NCBI GenBank assembly: GCA_027021705.1
Contig: JALUTT010000022.1
Location: 60-64,059, forward strand
Origin: Anaerolineae bacterium
GTDB lineage: Bacteria; Chloroflexota; Anaerolineae; S140-20
Direction: 5' to 3'
DNA: 64,000 nt
A model generated the notes under the pieces. The model was not told the origin of the DNA. It was given only the letters and a program-made list of their open reading frames with translations, and did no database searches. The position numbers were made by a program, and so were the translations under genes. Position 1 is the stretch's first letter; each line of letters starts with the position of its first letter. This document shows positions 29,652 to 40,316 of this stretch, in pieces.

Positions 29652-32249
29652 TTACTTCTTGCGTGTCGCGAGGACGACGCCACCGCCGATGAGCAGCCCA
29701 ACGACCAGGGCGATGATCAGGTAGAGGGGGCTGGGCCCGGCAGCCGGTGCGGCCTCAGGGGTCGGGGCCGGCTTGGCCGCCTCTTCTTTGGCCTTGGCCA
29801 GCTCCGACTCCAGGTTCTGGACCTGCTTCTTGGCGGCCTCGGCCTGAGCCTTCGCCTCCTCGATCTGGGACTGCATCGCCTGGATCTTCGACTGGGCTTC
29901 CTCGACCTGGGCGATGGCGGCCTTGCCTTCGACGGCATCGCGCACGAGCTGGTTCATCATCTGGATGTGCTCGTCATTGGAGATGATCCGACCGTAGGTG
30001 GCGATCACCTGATCGGTCCAGAAGGCGGTATCGGCCATGTTCTGATGGCAGCCCATGCAGACGCCGACGCGCTCCATCCGGGTGCGCTGGTCCTCGGTGA
30101 GCGGGCCCGAACCCGGCCAGTGGGAGCCGACGGTCATCAACTGCTCCCCCGTCTCCGGGTCCACGATCCGGCTCCAATCCATCGGCAGGTCGGGGATGGC
30201 CTGCATCTGCACCGAGTACCGGCTGGGGAGCACCTCGCCATCGGGCCCCCGCAGGTCCACCACCTGATCGTCGGTGTAGCCCAGGAGGAAGACGCCGTTC
30301 TGGATGCCGTAGCCCAGCGCCTTGGGATTGCTGTGGCAGGACTCGCAGGTGCGGGCCTTGCGGCCGGCGGTGTGGGGTTGCACCGGAGCCATGTCCAGCC
30401 CCCGCTGGCCCTCCGGCCCGGCCCCCTCGGTGTTGGGCGGCGTGCGGCCGATGACATTGTGGACCAGCGACTCCCCTTCAGGGCCGATGACGGTGTAGAC
30501 CACTTGACAGCCGGGGATCAGTGGTGTAACCCGTCCCTCGCCGTTGATGCCTAGGATGGGCTCCTCCCAGCGCAGGTAGCTACGGCCTTCTTTGACTTTC
30601 CCCGGCGTGGTTAAGGTGGTGTCCACGGTGCCGTCGGGGCGGTTGACATAGCTGTTGCCGATGGCCACCCAGTCGGTGCCCTCCTTCCCCTCGGAGTAGT
30701 CTACGACGACGTGGCAGCCGTAGCACTGAGGTGCCCAGTCAGCGTGGCAGGCGTAACATTCCATCTTCTCCATATGACCTGCCACCTTGTCCATCGCCAC
30801 CTCGGCGTCGGGTGACTTCCAGGCCCCCGCTTCCTTGATGCCCTTGAGGGTGGGGACGATGAACTCCTTGCCGGTGGCCGAGTGGACGATCACCTGGTCA
30901 CCCCGCCGGACGACGTTCCCAAAGGGATTACCCCGGGCGGTCAGCAGGTAGCCGTCCTCGGGATCGTAGACGGTGCCGTCCAACAAGTTGGCCGGCAGTG
31001 TGCTCACCGTGCCCCGTGGCTCCCCAGCCATACCCTCTAGGAAGTTCTCCTCACCATAGCCCAGGGGGAGCTCCCACGGGTACTTGTCTGGGGTGCCATG
31101 GCAGTCGGCGCACTCGATCTCCACCTGGCCCAGGGTGGTGCCGAAGATGTTACCGTCACCATGCATCTCGATGCTGGTGTGGCAATCCTGGCAGAGCATG
31201 CCTCCCTCGGGGTTCTCAGGCCGACTCTCCCGGCTGTGGTGCAGGTCTTCTTTGATGTAAAGGTACTTCTTGGTGTGCAGCCGGGGCTGCGTATTGCCGG
31301 CCTCGTCGAAGGGCGTGCCGTAAGGGAACTCCATGATTCCCTCGTAGCTCACGCCGATCCGCTTGCCCCGGTTATGGCAGGAGTTGCAGGTCTCCACCGG
31401 GATGCCGTTCCTGGCCTCCTCGGTCCCCTGGATCCGGTGAACCAGCAGGTGGCCGGGCTCATCCTTGGGGATGGTGGGATCGTTGCCCTCGTAGTAGCCG
31501 TCGTTGCTGTAGGGGATGTGACAGGCCGAGCAACCCATCCCTCGGTAGTCGCCCCGCTTCATCCGACCGGGCACCCCCACGTGGCAGCGCTGGCACTGGT
31601 TACGCTGATAGGTGAAGGCGGCTAGAGAGGGGTCCTCCACGATCTCCTCCACCGTGGGGTTGGGCAGCATCTCCAGGCGGGAGGGGAACTGGTCGGGGAA
31701 CTGGGCGATCATCGCTTCCATATAGGCTTTGTAGGCCTCGGTGCCGAAGATGGGCGTGGAGCCGTCCTCGTCGTCCACGGTGTAGTTGCCGTACTTGACG
31801 GTCCTGCCCTCCCCGTACTTGCCCTGCACCCCCCAGGCCCACAGGTTACCCTGGATCTTCCCGGCCTCGGTGTTCATCAGGGAGAGGCGTAGGGCATATC
31901 CGTAGTTGATGTGGCACTGACCACAGGTCTTGTCCACCACCCAGGGGCTGCCGGGGTCGGGGTAGAACTCCCCCTCAGGGCCGTGGGCTTCCTCGGCGGT
32001 CGTGGCCTCTGGATTCCCGCCGTGGCAGACCGTGCACTCCCCCAGCGCCCTGATCTGCTTCATCATATTGCTGTCGGGCTCCCGGATGTCCTCAATCCCG
32101 GCGTGGCAGCCCTCGGCGGTACACCCCTCCTGCCCTCCCTGGGCTACCGGTAGGGCAGCGCTCTCGTCAGGGGCAGCGGCCCAGACAGCGCCCACCACCA
32201 CCAGGATGCCGACGAGCGTGGCTGCAAGGACAACCGCATATCGCTTCAT
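29652..32249 (-). CDS. Large secreted, C-terminally anchored multiheme cytochrome c
   Basis: Signal peptide; 11 CxxCH plus one CTAEGCH; coiled coil and C-terminal TM ending RKK. Confidence 0.88.
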   Translation of the reverse strand: MKRYAVVLAATLVGILVVVGAVWAAAPDESAALPVAQGGQEGCTAEGCHAGIEDIREPDSNMMKQIRALGECTVCHGGNPEATTAEEAHGPEGEFYPDPGSPWVVDKTCGQCHINYGYALRLSLMNTEAGKIQGNLWAWGVQGKYGEGRTVKYGNYTVDDEDGSTPIFGTEAYKAYMEAMIAQFPDQFPSRLEMLPNPTVEEIVEDPSLAAFTYQRNQCQRCHVGVPGRMKRGDYRGMGCSACHIPYSNDGYYEGNDPTIPKDEPGHLLVHRIQGTEEARNGIPVETCNSCHNRGKRIGVSYEGIMEFPYGTPFDEAGNTQPRLHTKKYLYIKEDLHHSRESRPENPEGGMLCQDCHTSIEMHGDGNIFGTTLGQVEIECADCHGTPDKYPWELPLGYGEENFLEGMAGEPRGTVSTLPANLLDGTVYDPEDGYLLTARGNPFGNVVRRGDQVIVHSATGKEFIVPTLKGIKEAGAWKSPDAEVAMDKVAGHMEKMECYACHADWAPQCYGCHVVVDYSEGKEGTDWVAIGNSYVNRPDGTVDTTLTTPGKVKEGRSYLRWEEPILGINGEGRVTPLIPGCQVVYTVIGPEGESLVHNVIGRTPPNTEGAGPEGQRGLDMAPVQPHTAGRKARTCESCHSNPKALGYGIQNGVFLLGYTDDQVVDLRGPDGEVLPSRYSVQMQAIPDLPMDWSRIVDPETGEQLMTVGSHWPGSGPLTEDQRTRMERVGVCMGCHQNMADTAFWTDQVIATYGRIISNDEHIQMMNQLVRDAVEGKAAIAQVEEAQSKIQAMQSQIEEAKAQAEAAKKQVQNLESELAKAKEEAAKPAPTPEAAPAAGPSPLYLIIALVVGLLIGGGVVLATRKK

Positions 32250-32549
32250 GCCACTCCTCCTGCTCATCTAGGTAGCTGCGTTGGGAACGTGTCGTTGTCC
32301 AAGGACAGCCGTACCTCAACAAAAGGAACCTAGGGAAACAGCGGTCCTCTTCTCCCGGATACACCCCTCCTTTCTAGCGGACGTAAAGTTCGTGGCGACC
32401 AACCCAACACCCATTATACTAAGAGATTGAGCAGGATGGACCACCCCTGGGGATGATTCCTGGTCATCCCCGAGGATGATTTTCAGCAGCGGGGTAGCAA
32501 CGTAGTGGATGGCGGCCTCACAGCCTAGCGGATGGGGGCATAACGGGGA

Positions 32550-33377
32550 CTACGGACTGGGGAGTGCAATGCGACGGGCGGACCAGAGGAGCCCCCCACC
32601 CCCGATCAGGCCCAATAGCCCCAGAAGCAGGAGCGCTGGGGAGAGCCCACCACCGGTCTCCGGCAGGCCAGGAACGGTCACGACCACCGTCGTCCGCGTC
32701 GTGGTGGGTGGGCCACCGGGATAGCCCACCTGAGCTACATTTTCGATCTCTGTGCCCGGCGGAACGTCGGAACGCACCCGGGCGACGATGGTCACCCGGA
32801 CCATCTGGCCAGGCTCCACGGCGCCCACCTGAACCTCGATGGCACTGCCGTTGATGATCACGGTCCCCTGAGTCGCCACCACCTCCACCAGCTCCAACTC
32901 CGGGGGCAGCACGTCTTGGATGACGACGTCGCGAGCCACCTCACCGCCCACGTTCTGGAGGATCAGGGTGTAGCGAACAAGCCCGCCGGGCATCACCAGA
33001 CGGTCCTCCGTCTCCTTGTCCAGGGTAAGCTGAGGAGGGGAAACAGGGGGAGCCGAGACGGGTGTGGGAGTCGGAGAGGGCGTCGTGATCTCTGTCGGCG
33101 GGCGGGTGGAGGTCGCCGTCGGCGTCGGCGTGGTTGTCCCCGGCGTCGGTGTGACCGTGGCGGTTAGGGTAGCCGTTTCCAACGTCGGTGTGGCCGTGGT
33201 GGTCGGCGTCGCCGTCACCAACGTTGCCGTTGGAGAGGGCGTGGGTGTGAGACCCAGGGCCGCCACGGCCGACAGACCACTGCTTCCCATCGCACCGATC
33301 AGGACAAGTCCTGCGACCACAATCCCCCAGGACGACCTCCCACGCACCTTTCCCTTCCATACCTTGTTGCTTCTCAT
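32550..33377 (-). CDS. DUF11-domain surface protein with a Thr/Pro linker and LPETG sorting signal
   Basis: Signal peptide, TP-rich tract, L.LDK...PGG.V.YTL..N.G DUF11 pattern, then LPETG + TM + RR. Confidence 0.8.
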   Translation of the reverse strand: MRSNKVWKGKVRGRSSWGIVVAGLVLIGAMGSSGLSAVAALGLTPTPSPTATLVTATPTTTATPTLETATLTATVTPTPGTTTPTPTATSTRPPTEITTPSPTPTPVSAPPVSPPQLTLDKETEDRLVMPGGLVRYTLILQNVGGEVARDVVIQDVLPPELELVEVVATQGTVIINGSAIEVQVGAVEPGQMVRVTIVARVRSDVPPGTEIENVAQVGYPGGPPTTTRTTVVVTVPGLPETGGGLSPALLLLGLLGLIGGGGLLWSARRIALPSP

Positions 33378-33403
33378 CAGTTCTCCCTCGGCCCTTAGCA
33401 CCT

Positions 33404-36400
33404 TCACCGGTCCAGCACGATGGGTAGGTAGAGGCGATGGACGGCCTCCTGGCTGGCCACCCAAGCCTCCAGCGGCGGATGGATAGCTCGCCGGCCCCGC
33501 GTGTCCACATCCACCAACCAGTACCAATAACGTCGCCCCGGCACCGGAACCTGATCGGTGAAGGTGTACCGCGCCCCTCCCCCGGCCCCCCGACCGGGCA
33601 GGAAGTCCAGCAAGGTCGCCCGGGCAAAGGCCCCTGACTCGCCCCGGTACAGTTCGAAGCCGTAGTTGTCCACCTCCACCGCCGTCGCCCACTCCAACAA
33701 CACCGCGCCGGGCTGGGGCGTTGCCCGGAAGTAGAGCAATTCGACGGCGGTGCTCACGTTGCGCAGCGGGACTTGATCCTGAGCCTCGTTGGCCAGCGTC
33801 CCATGCTCATCCAGCGCGTTCCGGGTCATCGCCACATTCACCGTCTGGGTGATGTCGGCGACGACGCTGAAGACGGTGGTGACCGTCAGCAGCCCTCCAG
33901 GAGACAGGTCGTAGCCAACACCGTAGGGTGATGCGAGGGTCAGATCGGACCAAGAAAGGGCTCCCTTCCCTCGCTCATCAGGCGAGGGCGTCCCCCGCCA
34001 GTACCGGAGATAGGCTGTGTCGTAGGTGTCGGTCAGCGGGACGACGACCAGCGTGGTGGGGCCGGTGTTGGTGATGACGATGGTGAAGGTCACCACCCCC
34101 CGGCGCTGGTCGTGGCCGGTCAGACGCTTGTCCAGAGCCAAGCTGGGATCGGCGATGAAGACGAGAGCCTCATCGCTGTCGGTGAGGTTGCCGCTTTGGA
34201 CAATAGCACCGTTGACCGTGGAGGCCCCCAGGGTGCTCTGGAGGGCCGTAAAGGTCAGGGTGACCGTTACCCGACCGCCCACAGCAACGGGCCCAACGTT
34301 GTTCCAGACGATCTGTCCCGGTGTCACGCTGTCGGGTGAGGGAACCGCGTCACCGAACCGGAGGTAGGCAGAATCATAGGTATCGGTCAGGGTGACCGTA
34401 GGGCTCAAGGGGGTACGCCCGATGTTGCGCACGACGATTTGGTAACGGACGGTCCCTTGAGGGCCGACGGTCTCGGCGCTCAGCCGCTCCTTAGTCAGCC
34501 GCAGGCCCTGGTCCAGGATCAGGGTCTCCTCGCTATCGTCACCGGGGGGGACATCGGTGTCGTCGTCTACGGTGGCCCGATTGGTGAGCCGATCCCCCGG
34601 CGGTAGCCAGTCCAGCCGACCGGTGACGGTGGCGAGGCCGCCGGTCTGGGTGATGCCGCTCCCCGGCGGCAGCAGGTCTCCCAACTGCCAGACGACGACG
34701 CCCGATCCGGGGCTGGTCTCCCCACAGTTCATCCCCCCAGCGCAGGCCAGGAAGGTGAGTTCCGCCGGCAGAATGTCGGTGATGACGGTGCCGGGGGCCG
34801 GTTCGTTGCCTGTCACCGTGTAGACGATGGTGTAGGTGAGCACCTCACCCAGACCAATGGGGTCCGTGCTGTCCCGCTTGGTCAAGGTCAAGGTATGGCT
34901 GCTCTGGATGGTCACGGGATCGTCCGCCCAGATGGGAGAGGTGAGCGCGTTGCTGGAGCTGACGACGGCGGTGTTGGTCAGGACCAGGCTGTTGGTGAGA
35001 GGTTGGGCCACCCGCACCTGGTAGGTGACGGTGACGATCCCGCCGGCCGGGATGCGCATCCCTTGGGTGATGACCATTTGACGACTCAGCGCGTCGTAGG
35101 CGAGGGGGTCGGTGTTGTGCTGAGCCGTGTAGGTGAGGGCCTGCTGGGTGATCGTCAGGACCTGGGTGCTGCTGCGCAGAGGGGAGCGCTCGTAGAGGAG
35201 CACGCTGTCCACACGGTTCTCTTCACCGGTTTCCAGCCCTCCACCAGCCTCAAATTGGAGGAGCAGGGCAAGGCTGCCGGCGTAGCCGGAAAGGTCCACA
35301 TCCCGCAGGGTGTAGTCCCCCACATAGACCTCGCTCAGCAAGACGTCGGTCCCGTTCACGATAAGGCTGTAGAGATCGTCAGCGTCGCCGTTGCCCGTGC
35401 CAGCCACGTAGTAGCGCAGATGGGGCTCAACGAACTCGGTGAGGTCAGCGCCGCGGCTAGCCCCGGCATCATCGTCGTCATCGTCGCCGAGGCGGAGGTA
35501 GGCGGGGTCGGTCAGGGCACCGCCGCCGGTGTTCACCCGAACCTCTCCACCGGTGGGCTGCCCATCGTCGTTGTACTCCTGCCAGTCGGTGGTCCAGGGG
35601 AAGCTCCCGTCATCACCACCGTACCCAGTAGTTCCCCCGCCCCCCGCGTCGTCGAAGTCGTCGGCGTAGGCGCCCTTGAAAGTATAGGTGTAGGGCACGG
35701 TGTAGGTGTAGGCCAGTTCCTGGGCGACGGGCCAGGTGAGGCCCAGGGTGCCAGGCACATACCGAAGCCAGGGAGGCAATCGGTCGGCGATCTCAACGTT
35801 GATGGCTACGCCGGTGCCGGTGTTGCTCAGGACGAGGGTGTAGGTCAGCAGCCCGCCCGCCTGCACCACCTTGGGATCGGTCCGCTTCACCATGCTGAGG
35901 ATCGCCTGACCAACCGGCGTATCGGTATCGGGGTCCGTTGGGTCCTCGGGGTCCTGAGACTCGGTGGGAGGCGTCTCGTCGGAACTCACCGTGGCGGTGT
36001 TCGTCACCTCCTCCACATCCGGGGGGATCTGGTCGTCCAGGCGGACCCGGAAGGAGACCACAGCGGTCTCACCGGGGCCGATGATGGGCCAGCGAATGCG
36101 GAAGGCCCAGACAGCAGGATCGTCCCCTTGGGCATCGGGCGTAGGCGTGTACCCCCATGTGTCCGTCGGGCCGTTGTAATATTCGACGGCCGAGTAGAGG
36201 GGCGGGGTGATGACGGTGAGGCTGCCCACCACGAAGTCGGTGTAGGTGTAGGGCAGCGAGTCGGTCAGGATCACGTTGTGCATCGCCCCTAGGCCGTTGT
36301 TCTCCAGGGTCAGCGTGTAGGTCAAGACATCGCCGGGCGTGATGTCCCCCGTCATATCGGTGTCCACAGCTAGCTCATCGGTCTTGGTCAGCAGGGGGAT

Positions 36401-38380
36401 AGGCACCGGCAACGTCGTGTAACCCAGGTCCAAGTAGGGGGCAATCGGGGTGGAAGCGCAGGGGTCCTGCCCCCAAGCCACGGCGATCTTCTTGTCCAGC
36501 TCCAGGGTGTAGATGCGGGCTCCGATCAGGTCGTGATCGTCGGGATCGCCCACCCGGAGCACTTGTCCGACGGAGAGGGGAACCCCCATCGCCGAGGTGG
36601 GCTCGTCGAAGCGGGGGTCCCCGTAGACGTCCAGGTCATCGGCATCGCCGTCCCCGTTCATGTCGAAGGGATCGGGAAAGCCATCCTGGTTCAGGTCCAC
36701 GTAGATCACCGTGTCGGTGATGGCGGTGACGAAGGCCAGGTTCCCGTTGTCCGTCGGCGGCCGGTTGTTGTTGCCCGGAGCCCAACCGAGGACGACCTGG
36801 GAGCTGAGCTTATCGGTGGGGATGAGGACGTAGCCCCAGTCGTTGCGGTAACTCCCGTCAACACCGGCCGAGGCCGAGTCCACCGCCGAGACCGCCCAGA
36901 AGGTCTCAGAAGAGAAGAGATGCGCAGCCGAGACCGTGGGCAGGTCCCCCCAGCCTGTAGAGGCCAACACGCTCTGGGTGGTCTGCGGCGGGATGACGAG
37001 ATTGGTCAGGGAGGTATCGGCGGCCACGGTGACGGTGATGGCATACGGATGAGGATTGTGGACGTAGATGTCGGTGTCCCGATCGTCGTTGGTATCGCCG
37101 TCCAGGTCTATGGTACACCAGCCCGCACCCGCGCCATCATCGGAGCCGGGGACGGGAGCCCAGTAGTCGTTGCTCCACTCATCCACCGGACGCAGGGTGT
37201 AAGCCCGGCTGGAGTAGTAGGTGCCACAGGCCCCGCTGAGCACCTGGACCTGCACCGGAGCGGTGGCGGTGATCACGTCGTTACTGTCCACGCCGCCGCC
37301 GCCGGCCCCGTTGTTGGCCCCCGGCACGTAGTAGGTCTCCCCCGGCCCCAAGGTCGCCACCATCGTCCCGTTGTACCAGACCTGGGTTCCCGGCGCAACG
37401 GCCATCACCTCCAGCCCCACGAAATCGTAGTCGTCCAAGGCCGCCGGGTTCAGGTCCTCGCCGACGATGGGGATGTAGGAGGTCCCCCAGTCGGCCACCT
37501 CGGTCACCTCCCAAGAGCCGGCCAGCCAGACGCCGTCGTGGCCTCCCGTGAAATCGGGGTAGACGCTGCGCACCAGGGAGGCCGGTTCACCGAAAAGGGT
37601 GATCCGGTCCCGACCATCGTACTGGAGGGTGATGCCCAACTGGGTGATGTCCACCACCTGGTTAAAGGTTCGGGTTGCCCCAGCATCCAGTACACCCACC
37701 TCAGTGGTGGGACCAGGGATGGTGGGATCGGGGTCGTAGCCGTCTTCCCAGTGGTCGTAGTAGTAGATCGTGCCGTCGGAGCCGGCAGTGAGGGAGATAA
37801 AGGAGTTCAGAGTACTAGCGACAGCCTGCCCCCCGGTCTGGCAGAGAGCCTTTCGGTTGAAGAGGTCCTGGAGGTCGGCGTCGTTGAAGGGAATGAAGTA
37901 CTGATGGATGGTGGGATCCACAACGGTGACGCCGGACAGTTCCAGATCACCTGCATCCTGCAGACCGTTGCCGTTGCGGTCGTGGAAGACGACGCCGGCG
38001 ATGGTTTGATCCTCTTTCCTGTAGGTAGCAGTAAAGCGGACGTCCTTTCCGGTGGGTGGGGAGACCAGGGTTTGACCGGGGTTGATGTAGAGGACTGCCG
38101 ATGCGGTGTCCTCTGGGGTACGTAACGATGGCGGTAGTGTGGTCCGATCAAGCCAGAGGCGGTGAGTGCCCGCCGGAAGACCTCGAAAGTTGTAGACGCC
38201 TCGACCGTCGGTGACAGCCGTCAGCTCATCTCCTTGCCTAACCTGCTGATCCCGACCAAGCGGCGGGGCCAGTGAACCAGATGTGAACCCGTCCCCTCCC
38301 GCACCCGCTGCCCCCGCTAAGAAGAAGAGCGAGCCCAAAACCAAACAGACCACACACCGTGAGGCCCATCGCTTCACCAT
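33404..38380 (-). CDS. 1658-aa secreted surface/adhesin-like protein (SdrD-B-like, IgGFc-binding-like, multiple DUF11 repeats)
   Basis: Signal peptide; IAGVVFHDRNGNG; several K...GD.LTYT....N.G repeats; C-terminal YLPIV tail. Confidence 0.8.
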   Translation of the reverse strand: MVKRWASRCVVCLVLGSLFFLAGAAGAGGDGFTSGSLAPPLGRDQQVRQGDELTAVTDGRGVYNFRGLPAGTHRLWLDRTTLPPSLRTPEDTASAVLYINPGQTLVSPPTGKDVRFTATYRKEDQTIAGVVFHDRNGNGLQDAGDLELSGVTVVDPTIHQYFIPFNDADLQDLFNRKALCQTGGQAVASTLNSFISLTAGSDGTIYYYDHWEDGYDPDPTIPGPTTEVGVLDAGATRTFNQVVDITQLGITLQYDGRDRITLFGEPASLVRSVYPDFTGGHDGVWLAGSWEVTEVADWGTSYIPIVGEDLNPAALDDYDFVGLEVMAVAPGTQVWYNGTMVATLGPGETYYVPGANNGAGGGGVDSNDVITATAPVQVQVLSGACGTYYSSRAYTLRPVDEWSNDYWAPVPGSDDGAGAGWCTIDLDGDTNDDRDTDIYVHNPHPYAITVTVAADTSLTNLVIPPQTTQSVLASTGWGDLPTVSAAHLFSSETFWAVSAVDSASAGVDGSYRNDWGYVLIPTDKLSSQVVLGWAPGNNNRPPTDNGNLAFVTAITDTVIYVDLNQDGFPDPFDMNGDGDADDLDVYGDPRFDEPTSAMGVPLSVGQVLRVGDPDDHDLIGARIYTLELDKKIAVAWGQDPCASTPIAPYLDLGYTTLPVPIPLLTKTDELAVDTDMTGDITPGDVLTYTLTLENNGLGAMHNVILTDSLPYTYTDFVVGSLTVITPPLYSAVEYYNGPTDTWGYTPTPDAQGDDPAVWAFRIRWPIIGPGETAVVSFRVRLDDQIPPDVEEVTNTATVSSDETPPTESQDPEDPTDPDTDTPVGQAILSMVKRTDPKVVQAGGLLTYTLVLSNTGTGVAINVEIADRLPPWLRYVPGTLGLTWPVAQELAYTYTVPYTYTFKGAYADDFDDAGGGGTTGYGGDDGSFPWTTDWQEYNDDGQPTGGEVRVNTGGGALTDPAYLRLGDDDDDDAGASRGADLTEFVEPHLRYYVAGTGNGDADDLYSLIVNGTDVLLSEVYVGDYTLRDVDLSGYAGSLALLLQFEAGGGLETGEENRVDSVLLYERSPLRSSTQVLTITQQALTYTAQHNTDPLAYDALSRQMVITQGMRIPAGGIVTVTYQVRVAQPLTNSLVLTNTAVVSSSNALTSPIWADDPVTIQSSHTLTLTKRDSTDPIGLGEVLTYTIVYTVTGNEPAPGTVITDILPAELTFLACAGGMNCGETSPGSGVVVWQLGDLLPPGSGITQTGGLATVTGRLDWLPPGDRLTNRATVDDDTDVPPGDDSEETLILDQGLRLTKERLSAETVGPQGTVRYQIVVRNIGRTPLSPTVTLTDTYDSAYLRFGDAVPSPDSVTPGQIVWNNVGPVAVGGRVTVTLTFTALQSTLGASTVNGAIVQSGNLTDSDEALVFIADPSLALDKRLTGHDQRRGVVTFTIVITNTGPTTLVVVPLTDTYDTAYLRYWRGTPSPDERGKGALSWSDLTLASPYGVGYDLSPGGLLTVTTVFSVVADITQTVNVAMTRNALDEHGTLANEAQDQVPLRNVSTAVELLYFRATPQPGAVLLEWATAVEVDNYGFELYRGESGAFARATLLDFLPGRGAGGGARYTFTDQVPVPGRRYWYWLVDVDTRGRRAIHPPLEAWVASQEAVHRLYLPIVLDR

Positions 38381-38665
38381 TTTTTAAACTTCCCCCTTCC
38401 GACTACTCTCCTACCCGGCCTCAGAGATCGCCCGCGCCTGTCAAACTCACCGCGCCAACTTCTCCATAATAACACAGATAGCCCTATCCGTCAAATCGGA
38501 TGGAGAAGCCCAGATTTCTCCAGCCTTCCCCCGCCCGCTTCGGGACAACGGCACGCGCAATCCGGCAGGAGCGAGCGGACGATGATCCTAGCCCACTTGC
38601 CCTTTTGTCCCAATGGTGTTAAGATGGAAAGGCCGTATTTGCCGTCTGATCTGGGGAGGTATGTT

Positions 38666-39223
38666 ATGAAACGCCGACCGTCCGTCCGAAACCTGTGGGA
38701 AGCCTTCAAGACCTTCGCCATCCTCTTTTCCTTCACCGTCAACTTCGTCCTGGTTCTCCTCCTCCTCATCGGAGGAGGATGGCTCCTCTTCCCGGCCAAG
38801 ACCCAGATCGTGGAGCCGTTGCTCCTGGAGCTCCAGGGGGCTGTGAACGACCTGGGGAACGCGACCATCGTCACCCAGATTCCCATTGACAAGCAGGTGC
38901 CCATCCAGTTGCAGATCCCGCTGGAACAGGACACGGTGGTGACCCTCCAGCAGGACGTCCCCCTGGCAACCTGGGCCGTCTTCCAGCTTCCCGGTGGCGG
39001 GGGGACGATCAATGGGACGGTGAGCATCAAGATCCCGGCGGGTACTCAGCTTCCCGTCCGCCTGAAGATGACCGTGCCCGTCAGCGACACGATCCGCGTG
39101 CAGTTCCCCGTGGATGTGCGCATCCCGCTGCGGGAGACGGAACTGAACCTGGTGGTGGTGCGGTTGAACCGGCTCCTCACCCCCTATGTGGACCTGGTGC
39201 AGAGCCTGCCCGATGGATTTTGA
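38666..39223 (+). CDS. Membrane-anchored hypothetical protein
   Basis: ATG after GGGGAGG; N-terminal TM, beta-rich body; typical codon usage. Confidence 0.7.
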   Translation: MKRRPSVRNLWEAFKTFAILFSFTVNFVLVLLLLIGGGWLLFPAKTQIVEPLLLELQGAVNDLGNATIVTQIPIDKQVPIQLQIPLEQDTVVTLQQDVPLATWAVFQLPGGGGTINGTVSIKIPAGTQLPVRLKMTVPVSDTIRVQFPVDVRIPLRETELNLVVVRLNRLLTPYVDLVQSLPDGF

Positions 39224-39249
39224 CCGCTGAGACAGGAGACGTAGGGGGG

Positions 39250-40134
39250 ATGATGGGCCAGTGGGCGATCTGTGACTACGAAGGGTCGGACTATCCGACG
39301 GCCTTCTGGGGGGAAGAGCGGACCTACGAGGACCGGGTGGAGCGGGCGGCGCTGCGGGCCCTGCTCCCCCGAGGGGGACGGCGGCTGTTGGAGATCGGGG
39401 CCGGCTTCGGTCGCCTGGCCGATCTCTACGCCGGCTACCAGCAAGTGGTCCTGCTGGACTACTCACGCTCGATGCTGCGCCAGGCCCAGGAGCGCTGGGG
39501 GCACGATCCCCGCTTTCGCTTCGTCGTGGGCGATCTCTACCACCTGCCCTTCGTCCCCGGCCTCTTCGACGTGGTGACGATGGTGCGGGTAATCCACCAC
39601 GTGCAGGCGGTGCCGGCCGCTCTGGAGCAGGTGCAGGCGGTGCTGACGCCGGGGGGGAAGTTCATCCTGGAGTTCGCCAACAAGCGGCACCTGAAGGCCA
39701 TCGGGCGTTGGCTGCTTCGCCGGCAGTCCTGGAACCCCTTCCTCCCGGAGCCCTACGAGTTCGTGCCGCTGAACTACGACTTCCATCCCCGCTGGATGGC
39801 GGATCGGTTGCGGGAGGCGGGGCTCACCATCGAGGCCCGGCGCACCGTCTCCCACTTCCGGCTCCCCTTCCTCAAGCGTCGGGTGCCGCTCCCCCTGCTG
39901 GTGGCGATGGACCGGCTGGTCCAGCCGACGGGACGGTGGTGGCAACTTTCGCCCAGCGTCTTCCTCCGTTGCCGGGCCTCTTGGGAGAAGCCCCTGGCCC
40001 CGACGGGTGCCTTCTTCCGCTGTCCGGCCTGCGGGGAGACGGCCCTGCGGGAGGAGCCGGATGCCCTCTTCTGTCCGGGCTGTGGGCACCGCTGGCCCCG
40101 TAGGGACGGCATCTACGACTTCAAACAAGCGTAA
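39250..40134 (+). CDS. Class I SAM-dependent methyltransferase with a C-terminal Zn-ribbon/Trm112-like tail
   Basis: LLEIGAGFG, VLLDYS and GDLYHLPF motifs; CPAC...CPGC...GIYDF tail. Confidence 0.88.
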   Translation: MMGQWAICDYEGSDYPTAFWGEERTYEDRVERAALRALLPRGGRRLLEIGAGFGRLADLYAGYQQVVLLDYSRSMLRQAQERWGHDPRFRFVVGDLYHLPFVPGLFDVVTMVRVIHHVQAVPAALEQVQAVLTPGGKFILEFANKRHLKAIGRWLLRRQSWNPFLPEPYEFVPLNYDFHPRWMADRLREAGLTIEARRTVSHFRLPFLKRRVPLPLLVAMDRLVQPTGRWWQLSPSVFLRCRASWEKPLAPTGAFFRCPACGETALREEPDALFCPGCGHRWPRRDGIYDFKQA

Positions 40135-40140
40135 CGAAAA

Positions 40141-40162
40141 ACCCGGCCTGAAAAGGCCGGGT
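40141..40162. terminator. Hairpin between the converging methyltransferase and tRNA-Arg
   Basis: ACCCGGCC-loop-GGCCGGGT preceded by AAAA (a T run on the minus strand). Confidence 0.65.
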
Positions 40163-40194
40163 CCATTGGCAGGCGACCAGAGCCGCCCCTGGAG

Positions 40195-40267
40195 TACCCC
40201 CGCCAGGACTCGAACCTGGGCCTCTGGCTCCGGAGGCCAGTGCTCTATCCACCTGAGCTACGGGGGC
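40195..40267 (-). tRNA. tRNA-Arg(CCG)
   Basis: Minus strand GCCCCCGTAGCTCAGGTGGATAGAGCA-CTGGC-CTCCGGA-GCCAG...GTTCGAGTC; CCA not encoded. Confidence 0.95.
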
Positions 40268-40316
40268 TCGCTTTAATTCTGCCACAGAAGCGCCGATTTG
40301 TCAACCTTGCGTTATT

